In this document: positions 1 to 10,569 of the stretch, piece after piece
How positions within the stretch are numbered: the stretch's first letter is position 1
Layout of the letters: every line of letters starts with the position of its first letter
Assembly: GCF_048259695.1 (NCBI RefSeq)
Contig: NZ_JBLXHL010000003.1
Span: 358,304-422,303 of the forward strand
Direction: 5' to 3'
Source of the DNA: Celeribacter sp.
GTDB taxonomy: Bacteria > Pseudomonadota > Alphaproteobacteria > Rhodobacterales > Rhodobacteraceae
Length of the DNA stretch: 64,000 nucleotides
The notes under the pieces: model-generated
The model's input: the letters and a program-made list of their open reading frames with translations, nothing else
Told to the model about the DNA's origin: nothing
The model's database searches: none
Position numbers and translations under genes: made by a program

Positions 1-76
1 CAAGCTGTGCGCCGTAGGCGGTGGCGGGAACGAGAACGAAGTTGGCAAAGGCCACAAGGGCGTTGAGAAAATCCAT
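1..76 (-). CDS. Branched-chain amino acid ABC transporter permease, 5' fragment (runs off the window)
   Basis: ATG at 76 reads MDFLNALVAFANFVLVPATAYGAQL, hydrophobic and LivH-like, directly after the two ATPases. Confidence 0.75.
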   Translation of the reverse strand, partial: MDFLNALVAFANFVLVPATAYGAQL

Positions 77-79
77 GTC

Positions 80-787
80 TTAGCCTCCCAAGAAGGTGCG
101 GCGCACCTCTTCGTCGGCGAGAAGGTTCGCGCCGGTGTCGGTATATGCGTTGGCCCCTTGCACGAGGACATATCCTTTGTCCGCGATATCAAGGGCTTGT
201 CGGGCGTTTTGTTCCACCATCAGAATGGAAATCCCTGTGCGGGCCACCTCGATGATGCGGTCGAACAACTCGTCCATAACGATGGGCGAGACGCCCGCGG
301 TTGGCTCGTCGAGCATCAACAGCTTCGGCTTGGTCATCAACGCACGGCCCACGGCCACCTGTTGACGTTGACCGCCCGAAAGCTCGCCCGCGTGCTGATT
401 GCGTTTCTCGTAAACGGCGGGAAACAATTCATACACGAGGTCGATGGTCTCGTTGATATCATCGTCACGAATGAACGCACCCATTTCAAGATTCTCGCGC
501 ACCGTCATGGTGGGAAAAATATTGTGGGTCTGCGGCACAAATCCCATGCCCTTGCGCACGCGCTCTTGAGGGCTGAGATGCGTGATGTCCTCGCCGTTAA
601 AATTGACGTGACCTGTGCGCACATTGAGCATGCCGAACACGGCCTTCATCGCGGTGGATTTGCCGGCGCCGTTCGGGCCGACAATCACGGCAATCTCGCC
701 CTTTTGTACGGTAAGCGAACACTCGTGCAAAATGTCGGGGCCGTTGCCGTAGCCGCCCGTCATGGCGTTTGCATGCAAAAAGGTCAT
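80..787 (-). CDS. Branched-chain amino acid ABC transporter ATPase (LivF-like)
   Basis: Walker A GPNGAGKS, signature LSGGQRQQ, Walker B LLMLDEP. Confidence 0.93.
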   Translation of the reverse strand: MTFLHANAMTGGYGNGPDILHECSLTVQKGEIAVIVGPNGAGKSTAMKAVFGMLNVRTGHVNFNGEDITHLSPQERVRKGMGFVPQTHNIFPTMTVRENLEMGAFIRDDDINETIDLVYELFPAVYEKRNQHAGELSGGQRQQVAVGRALMTKPKLLMLDEPTAGVSPIVMDELFDRIIEVARTGISILMVEQNARQALDIADKGYVLVQGANAYTDTGANLLADEEVRRTFLGG

Positions 788-1689
788 GTCGCATCTCCCG
801 ACTTTTTAGCGGCGGCTTTCTTGGCGGGGGCCTTTTTCGCCGCGGCCTTTTGGGCGGGGGCTTTTTTCGCCGTCTTTTTGGCGGGGGCGGGAATGGCGTC
901 TTTGGTCAGCCCCTCGGTCGCCTCTTTGTTTTTGATACCGGTTCCGAGATAGGCCTCGATCACCTGTTCGTTTTGCATGATGCCCTCGGCCGAACCGGTC
1001 GCCATCACCTTGCCCTCGGCCATCACGATGACCGGATCACAGAGCATTTTGATGAACTCCATGTCGTGTTCGATCATGCAAAATGTATAGCCGCGCTCGA
1101 CGTTGAGGCGTTTGATTGCATCGGCAATGGTATAAAGCAGCGTGCGGTTCACACCCGCACCCACCTCATCCAGAAACACGATTTTGGCGTCAACCATCAT
1201 GGTGCGACCAAGCTCGAGGAGCTTTTTCTGGCCACCAGAGATATTGCCCGCTTTCTCGTCGGCGATATGCGAAATGGTCAGGAATTCCAGAACCTCGTCG
1301 GCCTTTTGGCGCAGGGCAGCTTCCTCGGCGGCGATGGTCTTGCGTTTGAACCACGCATTCCAAAGCGTCTCGCCCGTCTGGTTCGCCGGAACCATCATCA
1401 GGTTCTCGCGCACCGTCATGGTGGAAAATTCATGCGCAATCTGGAAGGTACGCAAAATGCCTTTGTGGAACAACTCGTGGGGTTTGAGCCCCGTGATATC
1501 CTCACCACCGAACAGGACGTGTCCTGAGGTTGGGGTCAAGACCCCCGCAATACAGTTGAAAAGCGACGTTTTCCCCGCGCCGTTCGGACCAATGAGACCC
1601 GTAATCGACCCTTCGCGAATGGTCAGGCTCGCCCCGTCCACCGCGCGGAAACCGCCGAAATGCATGTGTAGATCACGCACTTCGATCAT
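784..1689 (-). CDS. Branched-chain amino acid ABC transporter ATPase (LivG-like) with Lys/Ala-rich C-terminal tail
   Basis: GPNGAGKT, ISGGQKKLLE, VFLDEVGAG, EHDM; 4-bp overlap with the next gene. Confidence 0.93.
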   Translation of the reverse strand: MIEVRDLHMHFGGFRAVDGASLTIREGSITGLIGPNGAGKTSLFNCIAGVLTPTSGHVLFGGEDITGLKPHELFHKGILRTFQIAHEFSTMTVRENLMMVPANQTGETLWNAWFKRKTIAAEEAALRQKADEVLEFLTISHIADEKAGNISGGQKKLLELGRTMMVDAKIVFLDEVGAGVNRTLLYTIADAIKRLNVERGYTFCMIEHDMEFIKMLCDPVIVMAEGKVMATGSAEGIMQNEQVIEAYLGTGIKNKEATEGLTKDAIPAPAKKTAKKAPAQKAAAKKAPAKKAAAKKSGDAT

Positions 1690-1756
1690 CTGTTTTCCCC
1701 CGAAAATATATGTGTCGCGCGTGCAAGCAATGTCTACGCGGCTTTTAAGATGGGCA

Positions 1757-1789
1757 AACAGCCCGAGAGGGTAAAACTCTCGGGCTGTT
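1757..1789. terminator. 13-bp hairpin between the substrate-binding gene and the ATPases
   Basis: AACAGCCCGAGAG-ggtaaaa-CTCTCGGGCTGTT. Confidence 0.7.
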
Positions 1790-1808
1790 GCAGTTCAGTC
1801 AGACCGGT

Positions 1809-2993
1809 TTAGCGGTAGCCAACGGTGACGATTTTGCCGTCTTCGAACACGATCTCGCGGTAGGAGCCTGCGGCCTCACCGGGTTCGATCAGTTCAACTG
1901 CGGAGCCACCGACATAGTCGATTTCGCCGCCGTCTGCGAGGATTTGCAGCGCTTTTGCAAGCTCACCGGGGTAGATTTTTTCGCCTGGTGCGTTGGCAAC
2001 ATCGTAGAACTTGTCTTTGTAAACCTGTGGATCGGTGGATCCTGCGGCCTGCATGGCAAGGGTGACGAGGGCGCCGGAGTCATAGGATTCAGGCGCGTAA
2101 GGTGCAGTACCGTTGTATCCACGTGCTTCGCCGATTGCGACGAGCATTTCACCGCCCGGGCTGTCGGAGCCGGGAACCTGACCTGTGGAGCCGTTCAGCT
2201 CGGCACCAAACCGCGCTTCGAGGGCGTCACCGATCATAGCGTCGGGCAGGTGGAAGCGATCAAATGCGCCGGTGTCGAGCGCGGCGCGGATGATGCCCGG
2301 ACCACCTTGGTCGATGTAGCCGACAACAACAAGAAGATCACCACCGGCCGCAGCCAGGGCGCCGACTTCGGCGGAGTAGTCCGCTTTGCCGTCTTCGTGG
2401 GCGGCGTTGATTGTGACTTCGCCGCCAAGCTCGGTGTAGGAGCTTTCGAACGCGTCGGCCAAACCTTTGCCGTAGTCGTTGTTGGTGTAGGTCACAGCAA
2501 CGGACTTGATGCCTTTTTCAAGCAGGCTTTCCGCCATAACCTGACCCTGACGCGCGTCAGAGGGGGAGGTGCGGAAGAACAGGCCGTTGTCTTCGACGGT
2601 GGTCAAAGAGGGCGAAGTTGCGGAGGGCGAGAACTGGACCATGCCGTTTGGCACGGACACGTTTTGCAGCATCGCGCCGGTTGCACCGGAGCAAAGACCA
2701 CCGATGATGGCAACAACGCCTTCGGATGTGATCATGCGCTCGGCAACGGACGTGGCCACAGCCGCATCGGTACAGGTCGAGTCGCCGCGTACAGGTGTGA
2801 TTGTTGTGCCGCCAAGGAACAGGCCGCTCTCGGAGACCTCGGCCAAAGCCGCCTCAACGCCAGCACCCATATCGACGGACAGCGATTCAGCAGGGCCGGT
2901 AAAGCCGAGCACAACAGCAATTTTCACGTCGTCGGCGAAAGCAGCGCCCGCGAACATGGTGGAGGCCACAGAGGCCAACAGAATTTTCTTCAT
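1809..2993 (-). CDS. ABC transporter substrate-binding protein (LivJ/K family)
   Basis: Signal peptide MKKILLASVASTMFAGAAFA, GGAG RBS upstream of 2993, family motifs GDSTC, SPSATS, YTNNDYGKG. Confidence 0.9.
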   Translation of the reverse strand: MKKILLASVASTMFAGAAFADDVKIAVVLGFTGPAESLSVDMGAGVEAALAEVSESGLFLGGTTITPVRGDSTCTDAAVATSVAERMITSEGVVAIIGGLCSGATGAMLQNVSVPNGMVQFSPSATSPSLTTVEDNGLFFRTSPSDARQGQVMAESLLEKGIKSVAVTYTNNDYGKGLADAFESSYTELGGEVTINAAHEDGKADYSAEVGALAAAGGDLLVVVGYIDQGGPGIIRAALDTGAFDRFHLPDAMIGDALEARFGAELNGSTGQVPGSDSPGGEMLVAIGEARGYNGTAPYAPESYDSGALVTLAMQAAGSTDPQVYKDKFYDVANAPGEKIYPGELAKALQILADGGEIDYVGGSAVELIEPGEAAGSYREIVFEDGKIVTVGYR

Positions 2994-3511
2994 AGATCGT
3001 AACTCCCAAGTATTGGACTTCAATCGCGTCATTTGTGCGCGACCATTGCCGGTATCAAAACCTATTGCAAAGAAACAGGACAGGCAAATGTCGATTTTCA
3101 TTCCGTAGGGTCGCCAATTTGGGGAAAACGCCTATTGCGGCAACTATTATTGACGCAAAACCCTTTGTCGGATGTGTTTATTGGTCATATTGCCTACGCT
3201 TTTTTGGTGGCCGCACAACTTGGCGCTGATTTTTTCGTAACAAAAGACGAATCGCCTGCGCCGCCTTGGTGTCTGGGAACACTGGCAAAGGGACGGTGCG
3301 GTGCCATGCGGCGCGGGAACCGCGGGGTGCGGTCCGGCGTCCCGCGCCACGGGGATGGTGAACTGGCATAATCAGCTGACCTTGCCTTTTGGGCCGAATT
3401 ATGGGTTTTAACACCGCATTGCTGCGCCTATAAGCGGTCAACCGTTTGCGCTAAACGCGATGCGTTGCGGCGCGAACCTGCAATTGAATGAGCAAACTCG
3501 GAGTGATGACA

Positions 3512-4882
3512 ATGACGGACTGGTCCAAATCCACGTGGCGCAACAAACCCCGTGTGCAGATGCCCGACTATACTGACCAAGCGGCGCTGAACGCGGTTGA
3601 GGCGCAACTGGCCAAATATCCGCCATTGGTCTTTGCGGGCGAAGTCCGGTCGTTGAAAAAGGAACTGGCCAAAGCGTCCCGTGGCGAGGCGTTTGTCTTG
3701 CAAGGCGGCGATTGCGCCGAGAGCTTTGCCGAATTCGGTGCCGATCCGATCCGCGACACGTTCAAGGTCATGTTGCAAATGGCGATGGTTTTGACCTTTG
3801 GCGCGAAAGTGCCGGTGATCAAGGTCGGTCGCATGGCGGGTCAGTTCGCCAAACCGCGTTCGGCCCCGACCGAGACCGCAAATGGTGTGGAATTGCCAAG
3901 CTACCGTGGCGACATCATCAACGGGTTCGATTTCACTCCCGAAGCCCGCATTCCCGATCCTCAGCGCATGTTGCAGGCCTACACACAGGCCGCCGCCTCG
4001 CTCAACCTGTTGCGCGCCTTTTCCAAAGGCGGCTTTGCCGATGTCCACCGCGTGCACGCATGGACCCTTGGCTTTACCGAGAATGACGAAGCCGAAAAAT
4101 ACCGCGATATGGCCAGCCGCATTCAGGACACGCTTGATTTCATGGCCGCAGCGGGCATGACGGCGGAGAAAAACACCGGTCTGAACACCGTGGATTTCTA
4201 CACGTCGCACGAGGCGCTTTTGCTCGAATACGAAGAGGCCCTGACTCGTGTGGACAGCACCACCGGCGCCACCATCGCGGGGTCCGGTCACATGGTCTGG
4301 ATCGGCGACCGCACCCGTCAGCCCGACGGCGCACACGTCGAATTCTGTGCCGGCGTTGAAAACCCCGTCGGGTTGAAATGCGGCCCGACAACAACCGCCG
4401 AAGACCTCAAGGTGCTGATGGCCAAACTCAACCCTGCCAACGAAGCGGGCCGTTTGACCCTGATCGCCCGTTTCGGCGCAGGAAAAGTAGCCGAGCATCT
4501 GCCACGCCTGATCAAAGCCGTCAAAGAGGAGGGGGCCAACGTTGTGTGGTCCTGCGATCCGATGCACGGCAACACGATCAAATCCCCCTCGGGTTACAAA
4601 ACCCGTCCCTTTGAGGACGTGTTGTCGGAGGTTCAGGAATTCTTTGCCATCCACCGCGCCGAAGGCACAATCCCCGGCGGTGTACATTTCGAGATGACAG
4701 GCAAAGACGTGACCGAATGCACCGGCGGCGTGCGTGCCGTGACGGACGAGGATCTGTCGGACCGCTATCACACCGCGTGCGATCCCCGCCTCAACGCGTC
4801 GCAGTCGTTGGAGCTTGCCTTCCTCGTGGCCGAAGAGTTGCAGAAAACCCGCGAGGATAGCGCACTTGCCGCATCCGCATAA
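3512..4882 (+). CDS. Class II DAHP synthase
   Basis: [44 protein letters not shown]; start chosen by GGAG RBS (3506 or 3488 also possible). Confidence 0.95.
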   Translation: MTDWSKSTWRNKPRVQMPDYTDQAALNAVEAQLAKYPPLVFAGEVRSLKKELAKASRGEAFVLQGGDCAESFAEFGADPIRDTFKVMLQMAMVLTFGAKVPVIKVGRMAGQFAKPRSAPTETANGVELPSYRGDIINGFDFTPEARIPDPQRMLQAYTQAAASLNLLRAFSKGGFADVHRVHAWTLGFTENDEAEKYRDMASRIQDTLDFMAAAGMTAEKNTGLNTVDFYTSHEALLLEYEEALTRVDSTTGATIAGSGHMVWIGDRTRQPDGAHVEFCAGVENPVGLKCGPTTTAEDLKVLMAKLNPANEAGRLTLIARFGAGKVAEHLPRLIKAVKEEGANVVWSCDPMHGNTIKSPSGYKTRPFEDVLSEVQEFFAIHRAEGTIPGGVHFEMTGKDVTECTGGVRAVTDEDLSDRYHTACDPRLNASQSLELAFLVAEELQKTREDSALAASA

Positions 4883-4904
4883 ATCTACGTGATATCACGA
4901 TGAT

Positions 4905-4931
4905 AAAAGCCGCGCTTCATGCGCGGCTTTT
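4905..4931. terminator. Bidirectional intrinsic terminator
   Basis: AAAAGCCGCGC-ttcat-GCGCGGCTTTT between convergent genes. Confidence 0.8.
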
Positions 4932-4994
4932 TCTTTGGCTGCGACAGGGTCGTGCAAATTCTCCTCTGCGCCCTGCGCCCCGTCGTGACAGGCC

Positions 4995-5393
4995 TCAGGC
5001 GAACATAAAGCAATCCCCGTGGCGCGTGTAGCCCGCCGCCTCGTAAAATCCGACGGCTTTGGGGGCGGACAGGAGCAGGTAGGCTTTGCAATTCGGGGCC
5101 GCTTTGACAGTGTGCGCCAATAGCGCCTTGCCGATACCATGCCCCTGTGCGGCCTCGTCGACGCACAGTTCGGAACAATAGAGCGCATAGTGGAAATCGG
5201 TGATCGAGCGGGCCACACCGAGCAAGGTGCCATCGGCGTCGCGGGCCGTGACAATCACATCCGCCCGCGCCACCATACCCGCAATCTTGTCCGCGTCCTC
5301 TACTGGACGGCGCTGCGCCAATGTCGAACGGCGAAGAACGTCCAAAAACGCCTCCGCCGTCAGATCCGGTTCGATTGTGTAACTCACCTGCAT
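4995..5393 (-). CDS. GNAT family N-acetyltransferase
   Basis: Acetyl-CoA motif LCVDEAAQGHGIGKALL; AVGFYEAAGY. Confidence 0.85.
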   Translation of the reverse strand: MQVSYTIEPDLTAEAFLDVLRRSTLAQRRPVEDADKIAGMVARADVIVTARDADGTLLGVARSITDFHYALYCSELCVDEAAQGHGIGKALLAHTVKAAPNCKAYLLLSAPKAVGFYEAAGYTRHGDCFMFA

Positions 5394-5530
5394 TGCGTCC
5401 CTGCCTCATGTGTCCAGCATTCCTCGCGCAGGGTGGCGCGTCTTTTGCGGGGGCGCAAGATACGAAGTGTCGTTTTGGCCGCAGGGGCGTCGTTCCGGTT
5501 GTCTTGGCGGGCCTTGAGCGCCGCCAGACC

Positions 5531-6211
5531 TCAAGCGTCGTTGTCGCTGACCAGTTTAAGGAACGAGCGCACGGCCTTTGGGGCCTCTTTTGGCGTCTCG
5601 CGGGTGCGGTTCTCTTCAAATCCGGGGATTTCGGTGACGGGGGTCTGTGCTGCGGCGGGCATTTCAACCAACAGATCGCGGGTTGTGACCTCAACCACAT
5701 CAAAGCGGCGCGGCTGACGACCGATATCGCCTTTTGACTGCAGGCAGCCCAGAACGCGGTTCACATCGCCAAGGTCGGATTTCAACGGGCAAAGCAACAG
5801 CTGCGCCTCAAGGGCAGGGCGGCCCATGCCACCGGCAGATTTCAGGGTGATGGTGGTCACGTTGGGGGTCTCGCACACGGCTTCCAGAGCGGCAGAGATC
5901 TGTGCGCGGGCCTCGGGTGTGAACATCGCGGTGAGCGGCATCCCGCGGACTTCCATGCCCATCAGGTCGGTGAGGTGCATCCCCGCAAGGCGGAAACGGG
6001 CCACGCCGGGAGCGATACGTTCAAGGATAAAGGCATATTCGAGAGCCGACTGCATCCCGCGCGGGTCGATGTCACCACGCGAAGGGATCGGACGACCGCC
6101 CCGCAGACCTTCCCAATAGGCCTCAACATCCTTGACGGCAGGAAAAGTCATTTCCGCGCGGCGCGGCATCATGGATACGACGTTGGAACCGGTGATGGAG
6201 TTGATGCTCAT
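5531..6211 (-). CDS. PAS-domain-containing protein (PAS_5/DUF1457-like)
   Basis: AYWEGLR..IPSRGDIDP, RFRLAGMHL, MEVRGMPL pattern typical of this alphaproteobacterial family; start MSINS assumed. Confidence 0.75.
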   Translation of the reverse strand: MSINSITGSNVVSMMPRRAEMTFPAVKDVEAYWEGLRGGRPIPSRGDIDPRGMQSALEYAFILERIAPGVARFRLAGMHLTDLMGMEVRGMPLTAMFTPEARAQISAALEAVCETPNVTTITLKSAGGMGRPALEAQLLLCPLKSDLGDVNRVLGCLQSKGDIGRQPRRFDVVEVTTRDLLVEMPAAAQTPVTEIPGFEENRTRETPKEAPKAVRSFLKLVSDNDA

Positions 6212-6375
6212 TATCTTTAACCTTGTGTCAGTCGTCTTAATATTGGTCGTTTCGGGTCCGTGCGGCGGGTCGGTATCTTGTGCGGTCCGTCCGTGATCCG
6301 ATGTCGGGTGTCGCAGTGTCTCACCGCTTGCTTGGCTTGAATATGCCACGACTTTGCCCGAATTGGTGGGTTTTC

Positions 6376-6447
6376 CTAACTAATGGTTAACATTCGGGCC
6401 ATTAACCACCATAAAATCAGCCGGTTGGCGTGTTACCTTTATGTTAA
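6376..6447. promoter_or_regulatory. Cluster of CtrA-like boxes upstream of the PAS gene
   Basis: CTAA-N7-TTAAC at 6376-6391 (contains TTAACCAT on minus), TTAACCAC at 6402, TTAC-N7-TTAA at 6433-6447; consensus TTAA-N7-TTAA. Confidence 0.6.
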
Positions 6448-6868
6448 GCCTTCAGTTGAACTCAGGTTTTCATATTCAAATTCAGCCACTTAGTCCGGCT
6501 TTCTGCAGGGGGTTTTCCGCTATCATTTGCCTCGTCGCGTACTGCATTTTTTTTCGGGTTCCGGGGAAAAACAGGGGTAAAACCGGTGTTTGTTAATCTT
6601 TTGAGTCGGCGGAAAGGGGCGTGAATGGGGCAAATCGGGCGACTCGCACGGACCAATTGGGGCAAGAGGGCCGCATGCGCCACATTTGCGCCACATTTGC
6701 CACCGCAGGCGCCCCGTGCCACGCGCATCACGCCCGTCGCGTACTGAAAACAGGTCTTACGCTCCGCGTGGATATGGCCAAAACCGCGCCACGCCGGTAA
6801 AAGACATACAACACTCAATGGGGCCACCCACGCGCCCCTCTCTATAAAGAGAACACGGAGCCTTTTGC

Positions 6869-7516
6869 ATGACCACCAACCGTCGCGGCCTTCTCATCAT
6901 TTTGTCCTCACCATCAGGGGCGGGCAAATCGACCTTGGCCAAACGATTGATGGAATGGGACAGCACGTTGCAGTTTTCGGTCTCGAGCACCACCCGCAGC
7001 CCCCGCGAGGGCGAGGTGGACGGGGTGGATTACCATTTCACCACCGAAGAGACGTTCAAACACATGGTCGGCGCAGGCGAGATGTTGGAGCACGCCTTGG
7101 TCTTCGGCAATTACTACGGTTCACCCGCAGGTCCGGTGCGCCGCGCGATCGAGGCGGGATCGGACGTATTGTTCGACGTGGATTGGCAAGGGGCACAGCA
7201 GATTGCCAATTCGGCGCTGCGCGATCACGTGCTGTCGATCTTTGTCCTGCCGCCCTCGATTGCCGAGCTGCGCCGCCGTCTGGAAACCCGTGGTCAGGAC
7301 AGCGCCGAGGTGATCGAAAAACGGATGCGCCAAAGCTGGGACGAGATCAGCCATTGGGACGGCTATGAGTATGTGTTGGTCAACGATGATCTGGACCAAT
7401 CGTTCGAGCGGCTCAAAACCATCATCGCCGCCGAGCGCCTGCGCCGCCGTCAACAACCGGGGCTGTTGGGATTTGTACGTGATCTGCAATCCGAGTTCGA
7501 GGGAGACGAGACATGA
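6869..7516 (+). CDS. gmk: Guanylate kinase
   Basis: [40 protein letters not shown]. Confidence 0.97.
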   Translation: MTTNRRGLLIILSSPSGAGKSTLAKRLMEWDSTLQFSVSSTTRSPREGEVDGVDYHFTTEETFKHMVGAGEMLEHALVFGNYYGSPAGPVRRAIEAGSDVLFDVDWQGAQQIANSALRDHVLSIFVLPPSIAELRRRLETRGQDSAEVIEKRMRQSWDEISHWDGYEYVLVNDDLDQSFERLKTIIAAERLRRRQQPGLLGFVRDLQSEFEGDET

Positions 7517-8046
7517 CGCTTTATACCTTAGGCAATCACGCGCCGGTTTTGCCGCAAAACGGCGACTACTGGGTGGCCCCCGACGCCAATGTGATCGGCA
7601 AGGTGATCCTGGGCGCGGGTGCGAACATCTGGTTCGGGGCAACGCTGCGCGGCGATAACGAGGCCATCGAGGTTGGTGAGGGATCGAATGTGCAAGAGAA
7701 CTGTGTGTTGCACACCGACATGGGGTTTCCACTGCGCATCGGCGCGGGCTGTACTATTGGGCACAAGGCGATGCTGCACGGCTGTATCATCGGCGGGAAT
7801 TCGTTGGTCGGCATGGGAGCCACGATTTTGAACGGGGCAACGATCGGTCGCAACTGTCTGATCGGGGCAGGGGCATTGATCACCGAGGGCAAGGACATTC
7901 CGGATGGGTCGCTCGTCATGGGCGTTCCGGGAAAGGTCGTGCGTGATCTGACAGAGGCGCAAATCCAGAGCCTCACCGCCTCCGCGCTGCATTACCAAAC
8001 CCGCGCCCGTGCCTTTCGCGAAGGGCTCACCGCCATCGACGGCTAA
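7513..8046 (+). CDS. Gamma carbonic anhydrase family protein
   Basis: Hexapeptide repeats, [25 protein letters not shown]. Confidence 0.9.
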   Translation: MTLYTLGNHAPVLPQNGDYWVAPDANVIGKVILGAGANIWFGATLRGDNEAIEVGEGSNVQENCVLHTDMGFPLRIGAGCTIGHKAMLHGCIIGGNSLVGMGATILNGATIGRNCLIGAGALITEGKDIPDGSLVMGVPGKVVRDLTEAQIQSLTASALHYQTRARAFREGLTAIDG

Positions 8047-8138
8047 CCCCGCGCCGCCGTGTTGTCGGGCGCACGGGCTGTCATGGCGGTGTTAACATCG
8101 CGCCTTAGGCTGCTTTGCACACCCGCAAGGAGGCCACG

Positions 8139-9206
8139 ATGCGAGAAAGAAGTGCAATCGATATGACACAGGTGCATTTGGTAACGGAACTGGCGGCGGC
8201 CATGCCGTTTGCGGTCATCGTGATCGGGCGTGACGAGCGTATCATCGCCACCAATGCCCAAGGGCAGGCGATGTTTGGCACAGGCACCACGGGGCGGCAC
8301 TATATTACCGTGCTGCGCCAACCGATGGTGCTTGACGCCGTGGAAAGCGTGCTGCGCCTGTCGGAACCGGCCCGCGCCGAGTACCGCGTGACCGAGGCGG
8401 GGCGTGATTTACACTATACGGTTCATGCCAATCCCGTTGTCACCGACGATTTTTCCTGTGTCACTGTTGCCTTCGAGGATCGCACCGAGGTCGATGAGGC
8501 GGGTCTGATGCGCCGCGATTTTGTGGCCAATGTGTCCCATGAATTGCGCACGCCGCTCACGGCTGTGTTGGGGTTTATCGAAACGCTTCAGGGGCCGGCG
8601 GCCAATGATGCGGGCGCACGGGTCCGGTTTCTCGAGATCATGGGCAACGAGGCACGGCGGATGAACCGCATCGTCGGGGATCTGTTGTCGCTGTCGCGGG
8701 TCGAGGCCAGCCGCCGTGTGCGGCCCACCGAACAGATCGACATCGCCGCCACCCTGCGCAGTGTGGCACAAAGCCTTGCCCCCGTGGCCCGAACCCAAAA
8801 CGTGGTGCTGACCACTGTGGGCGCGGACAGCCCGACGATGATCGCGGGCGACCGTGACCAACTGATCCAGGTGTTCACCAACCTGATGGAGAATGCGATC
8901 AAATACGGTGGTGCGGATCACGAGGTGACGGTGCATCTGACCGCCCATACCAACGAGCCGACCCTGCGCGGTCCTGCGTTGCGGGTCGACGTGACGGATC
9001 AGGGCGATGGCATCGCCCCCGAACATATCCCGCGCCTCACGGAACGGTTCTACCGCATCGATTCCCATCGCTCGCGCGAAGTGGGCGGTACCGGACTTGG
9101 CCTTGCGATTGTAAAACATATTCTCAACCGCCACCGCGGGCGGCTCAAAATAGAAAGCCACGTAGGGCGCGGCACCTGTTTTTCGGTGATTTTGCCCTAC
9201 GAATAA
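8139..9206 (+). CDS. phoR: Phosphate regulon sensor histidine kinase (no transmembrane segment)
   Basis: DFVANVSHELRTPL, NLMENAIKY, DQGDGI, ERFYRID, GGTGLGLAIVKH; AGGAGG RBS before 8139; precedes pstS. Confidence 0.9.
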   Translation: MRERSAIDMTQVHLVTELAAAMPFAVIVIGRDERIIATNAQGQAMFGTGTTGRHYITVLRQPMVLDAVESVLRLSEPARAEYRVTEAGRDLHYTVHANPVVTDDFSCVTVAFEDRTEVDEAGLMRRDFVANVSHELRTPLTAVLGFIETLQGPAANDAGARVRFLEIMGNEARRMNRIVGDLLSLSRVEASRRVRPTEQIDIAATLRSVAQSLAPVARTQNVVLTTVGADSPTMIAGDRDQLIQVFTNLMENAIKYGGADHEVTVHLTAHTNEPTLRGPALRVDVTDQGDGIAPEHIPRLTERFYRIDSHRSREVGGTGLGLAIVKHILNRHRGRLKIESHVGRGTCFSVILPYE

Positions 9207-9299
9207 GGCGTTAGGCGCATGGGGCCGCGCATGGGCCATCCCCCATACGCCCTATGCGCCCCGCAGATTGCCCGGCGCTTTTTTTCACAGTTTCTCCTC

Positions 9300-9332
9300 A
9301 TGTCATACAGCTGTTACAAAACGGACACAAAA
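9300..9332 (+). promoter_or_regulatory. Tandem Pho boxes upstream of pstS
   Basis: 11-bp-spaced repeats aTGTCATACAG / CTGTTACAAAA / CGGACACAAAA match the PhoB consensus CTGTCATA(A/T)A(T/A). Confidence 0.8.
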
Positions 9333-9406
9333 GCATTGCGAGCGGACCTTAGGTCTCGGCGTCGAAGGGGACACACACCCCTGAGACAAGACAACAGGAG
9401 CTACAT

Positions 9407-10438
9407 ATGTCTTTCGTAAAACTGACCGCCTCAGCGATTGCTATCACCGCCGTTTGCGCCACCGCCGCCTCTGCGCGCGATCAGGTTCAGGTTGCAGGGT
9501 CCTCCACGGTTCTGCCTTACGCCTCCATCGTCGCCGAAGCCTTTGGCGAGAACTTCGACTTCCCGACACCCGTTGTTGAATCCGGTGGCTCCTCTGCGGG
9601 TCTCAAGCGCTTTTGCGAGGGCGTTGGTGAAAACACCATCGACATCGCGAATGCCTCGCGCAAAATCAAAGACAAAGAAGTCGCCGCCTGTGCCGAGGCC
9701 GGCGTGACCGACATTATCGAAGTGCGCATCGGCTATGATGGCATTGTGTTCGCAAGCCAGATCGACGGTCCGGCCTATAGCGCATTTACACCGTCCGACC
9801 TGTTCAACGCGTTGGCGCCCAAAGTGATGGTTGACGGCGCCCTCGTCGACAACCCCTACACACAGTGGTCCGAGTTCAACGCCGATCTGCCATCCGAGGA
9901 CATTCTTGCCTTTATCCCCGGCACAAAACACGGCACACGCGAAGTGTTCGAAGAAAAAGTGATCGCGGCGGGCTGTGAGGCCACGGGTGCATTCGACGCC
10001 ATGATTGCCGGCGGCATGGACGAAGGCGACGCCGAGGATGCCTGTCTTCTGGTGCGCACCGATGGCAAATCCGTAGACATCGACGGCGATTACACCGAAA
10101 CACTGGCGTCGATCTCCTCCAACGCCAATGCCATCGGCGTGTTCGGTCTGGCCTTTTACGAAAACAACACCGACACGTTGAAAACGGCAACCATGTCGGG
10201 CGTTGAGGCCACAACCGAAAGCATCGCATCGGGCGATTACCCCGTGTCGCGTCCGCTGTATTTCTACATCAAGGCGGCGCACATCGGCGTGATCCCCGGC
10301 GTCAAGGACTTCGCGGAGTTCTTTGTCTCCGACGATATGGCCGGCCCCGATGGCCCGCTTGCCGAATACGGTCTCGTGTCCGACCCTGCCTTGGCCGACA
10401 CCCAGGCCGCAGTGGCCGACGAGGCCACAATGAACTAG
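9407..10438 (+). CDS. pstS: Phosphate ABC transporter substrate-binding protein
   Basis: Signal peptide, AGSSTVLP, ESGGSSAG, IANASR, YPVSRPLYFY. Confidence 0.95.
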   Translation: MSFVKLTASAIAITAVCATAASARDQVQVAGSSTVLPYASIVAEAFGENFDFPTPVVESGGSSAGLKRFCEGVGENTIDIANASRKIKDKEVAACAEAGVTDIIEVRIGYDGIVFASQIDGPAYSAFTPSDLFNALAPKVMVDGALVDNPYTQWSEFNADLPSEDILAFIPGTKHGTREVFEEKVIAAGCEATGAFDAMIAGGMDEGDAEDACLLVRTDGKSVDIDGDYTETLASISSNANAIGVFGLAFYENNTDTLKTATMSGVEATTESIASGDYPVSRPLYFYIKAAHIGVIPGVKDFAEFFVSDDMAGPDGPLAEYGLVSDPALADTQAAVADEATMN

Positions 10439-10569
10439 ACGCCTACGGCGTAAAACACAGGGGGCTGCGCGATTGATGTCGCGCGGCCCCGCATTCTAAA
10501 CGACACACCACTTGAACGGGACACACGGGCGCCGCCCTGACGTCTCACCCCTGATGTAACGGAGCGGCC

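Noticed and set aside
3310-3348. GC hairpin GGCGCGGGA...TCCCGCGCC in the long livK/DAHP-synthase intergenic region
   Set aside because: No T-tail, no riboswitch consensus and no second copy in the window.
6676-6697. Tandem 11-bp repeat TGCGCCACATT x2
   Set aside because: Only two adjacent copies with no spacers; not CRISPR, likely slippage.
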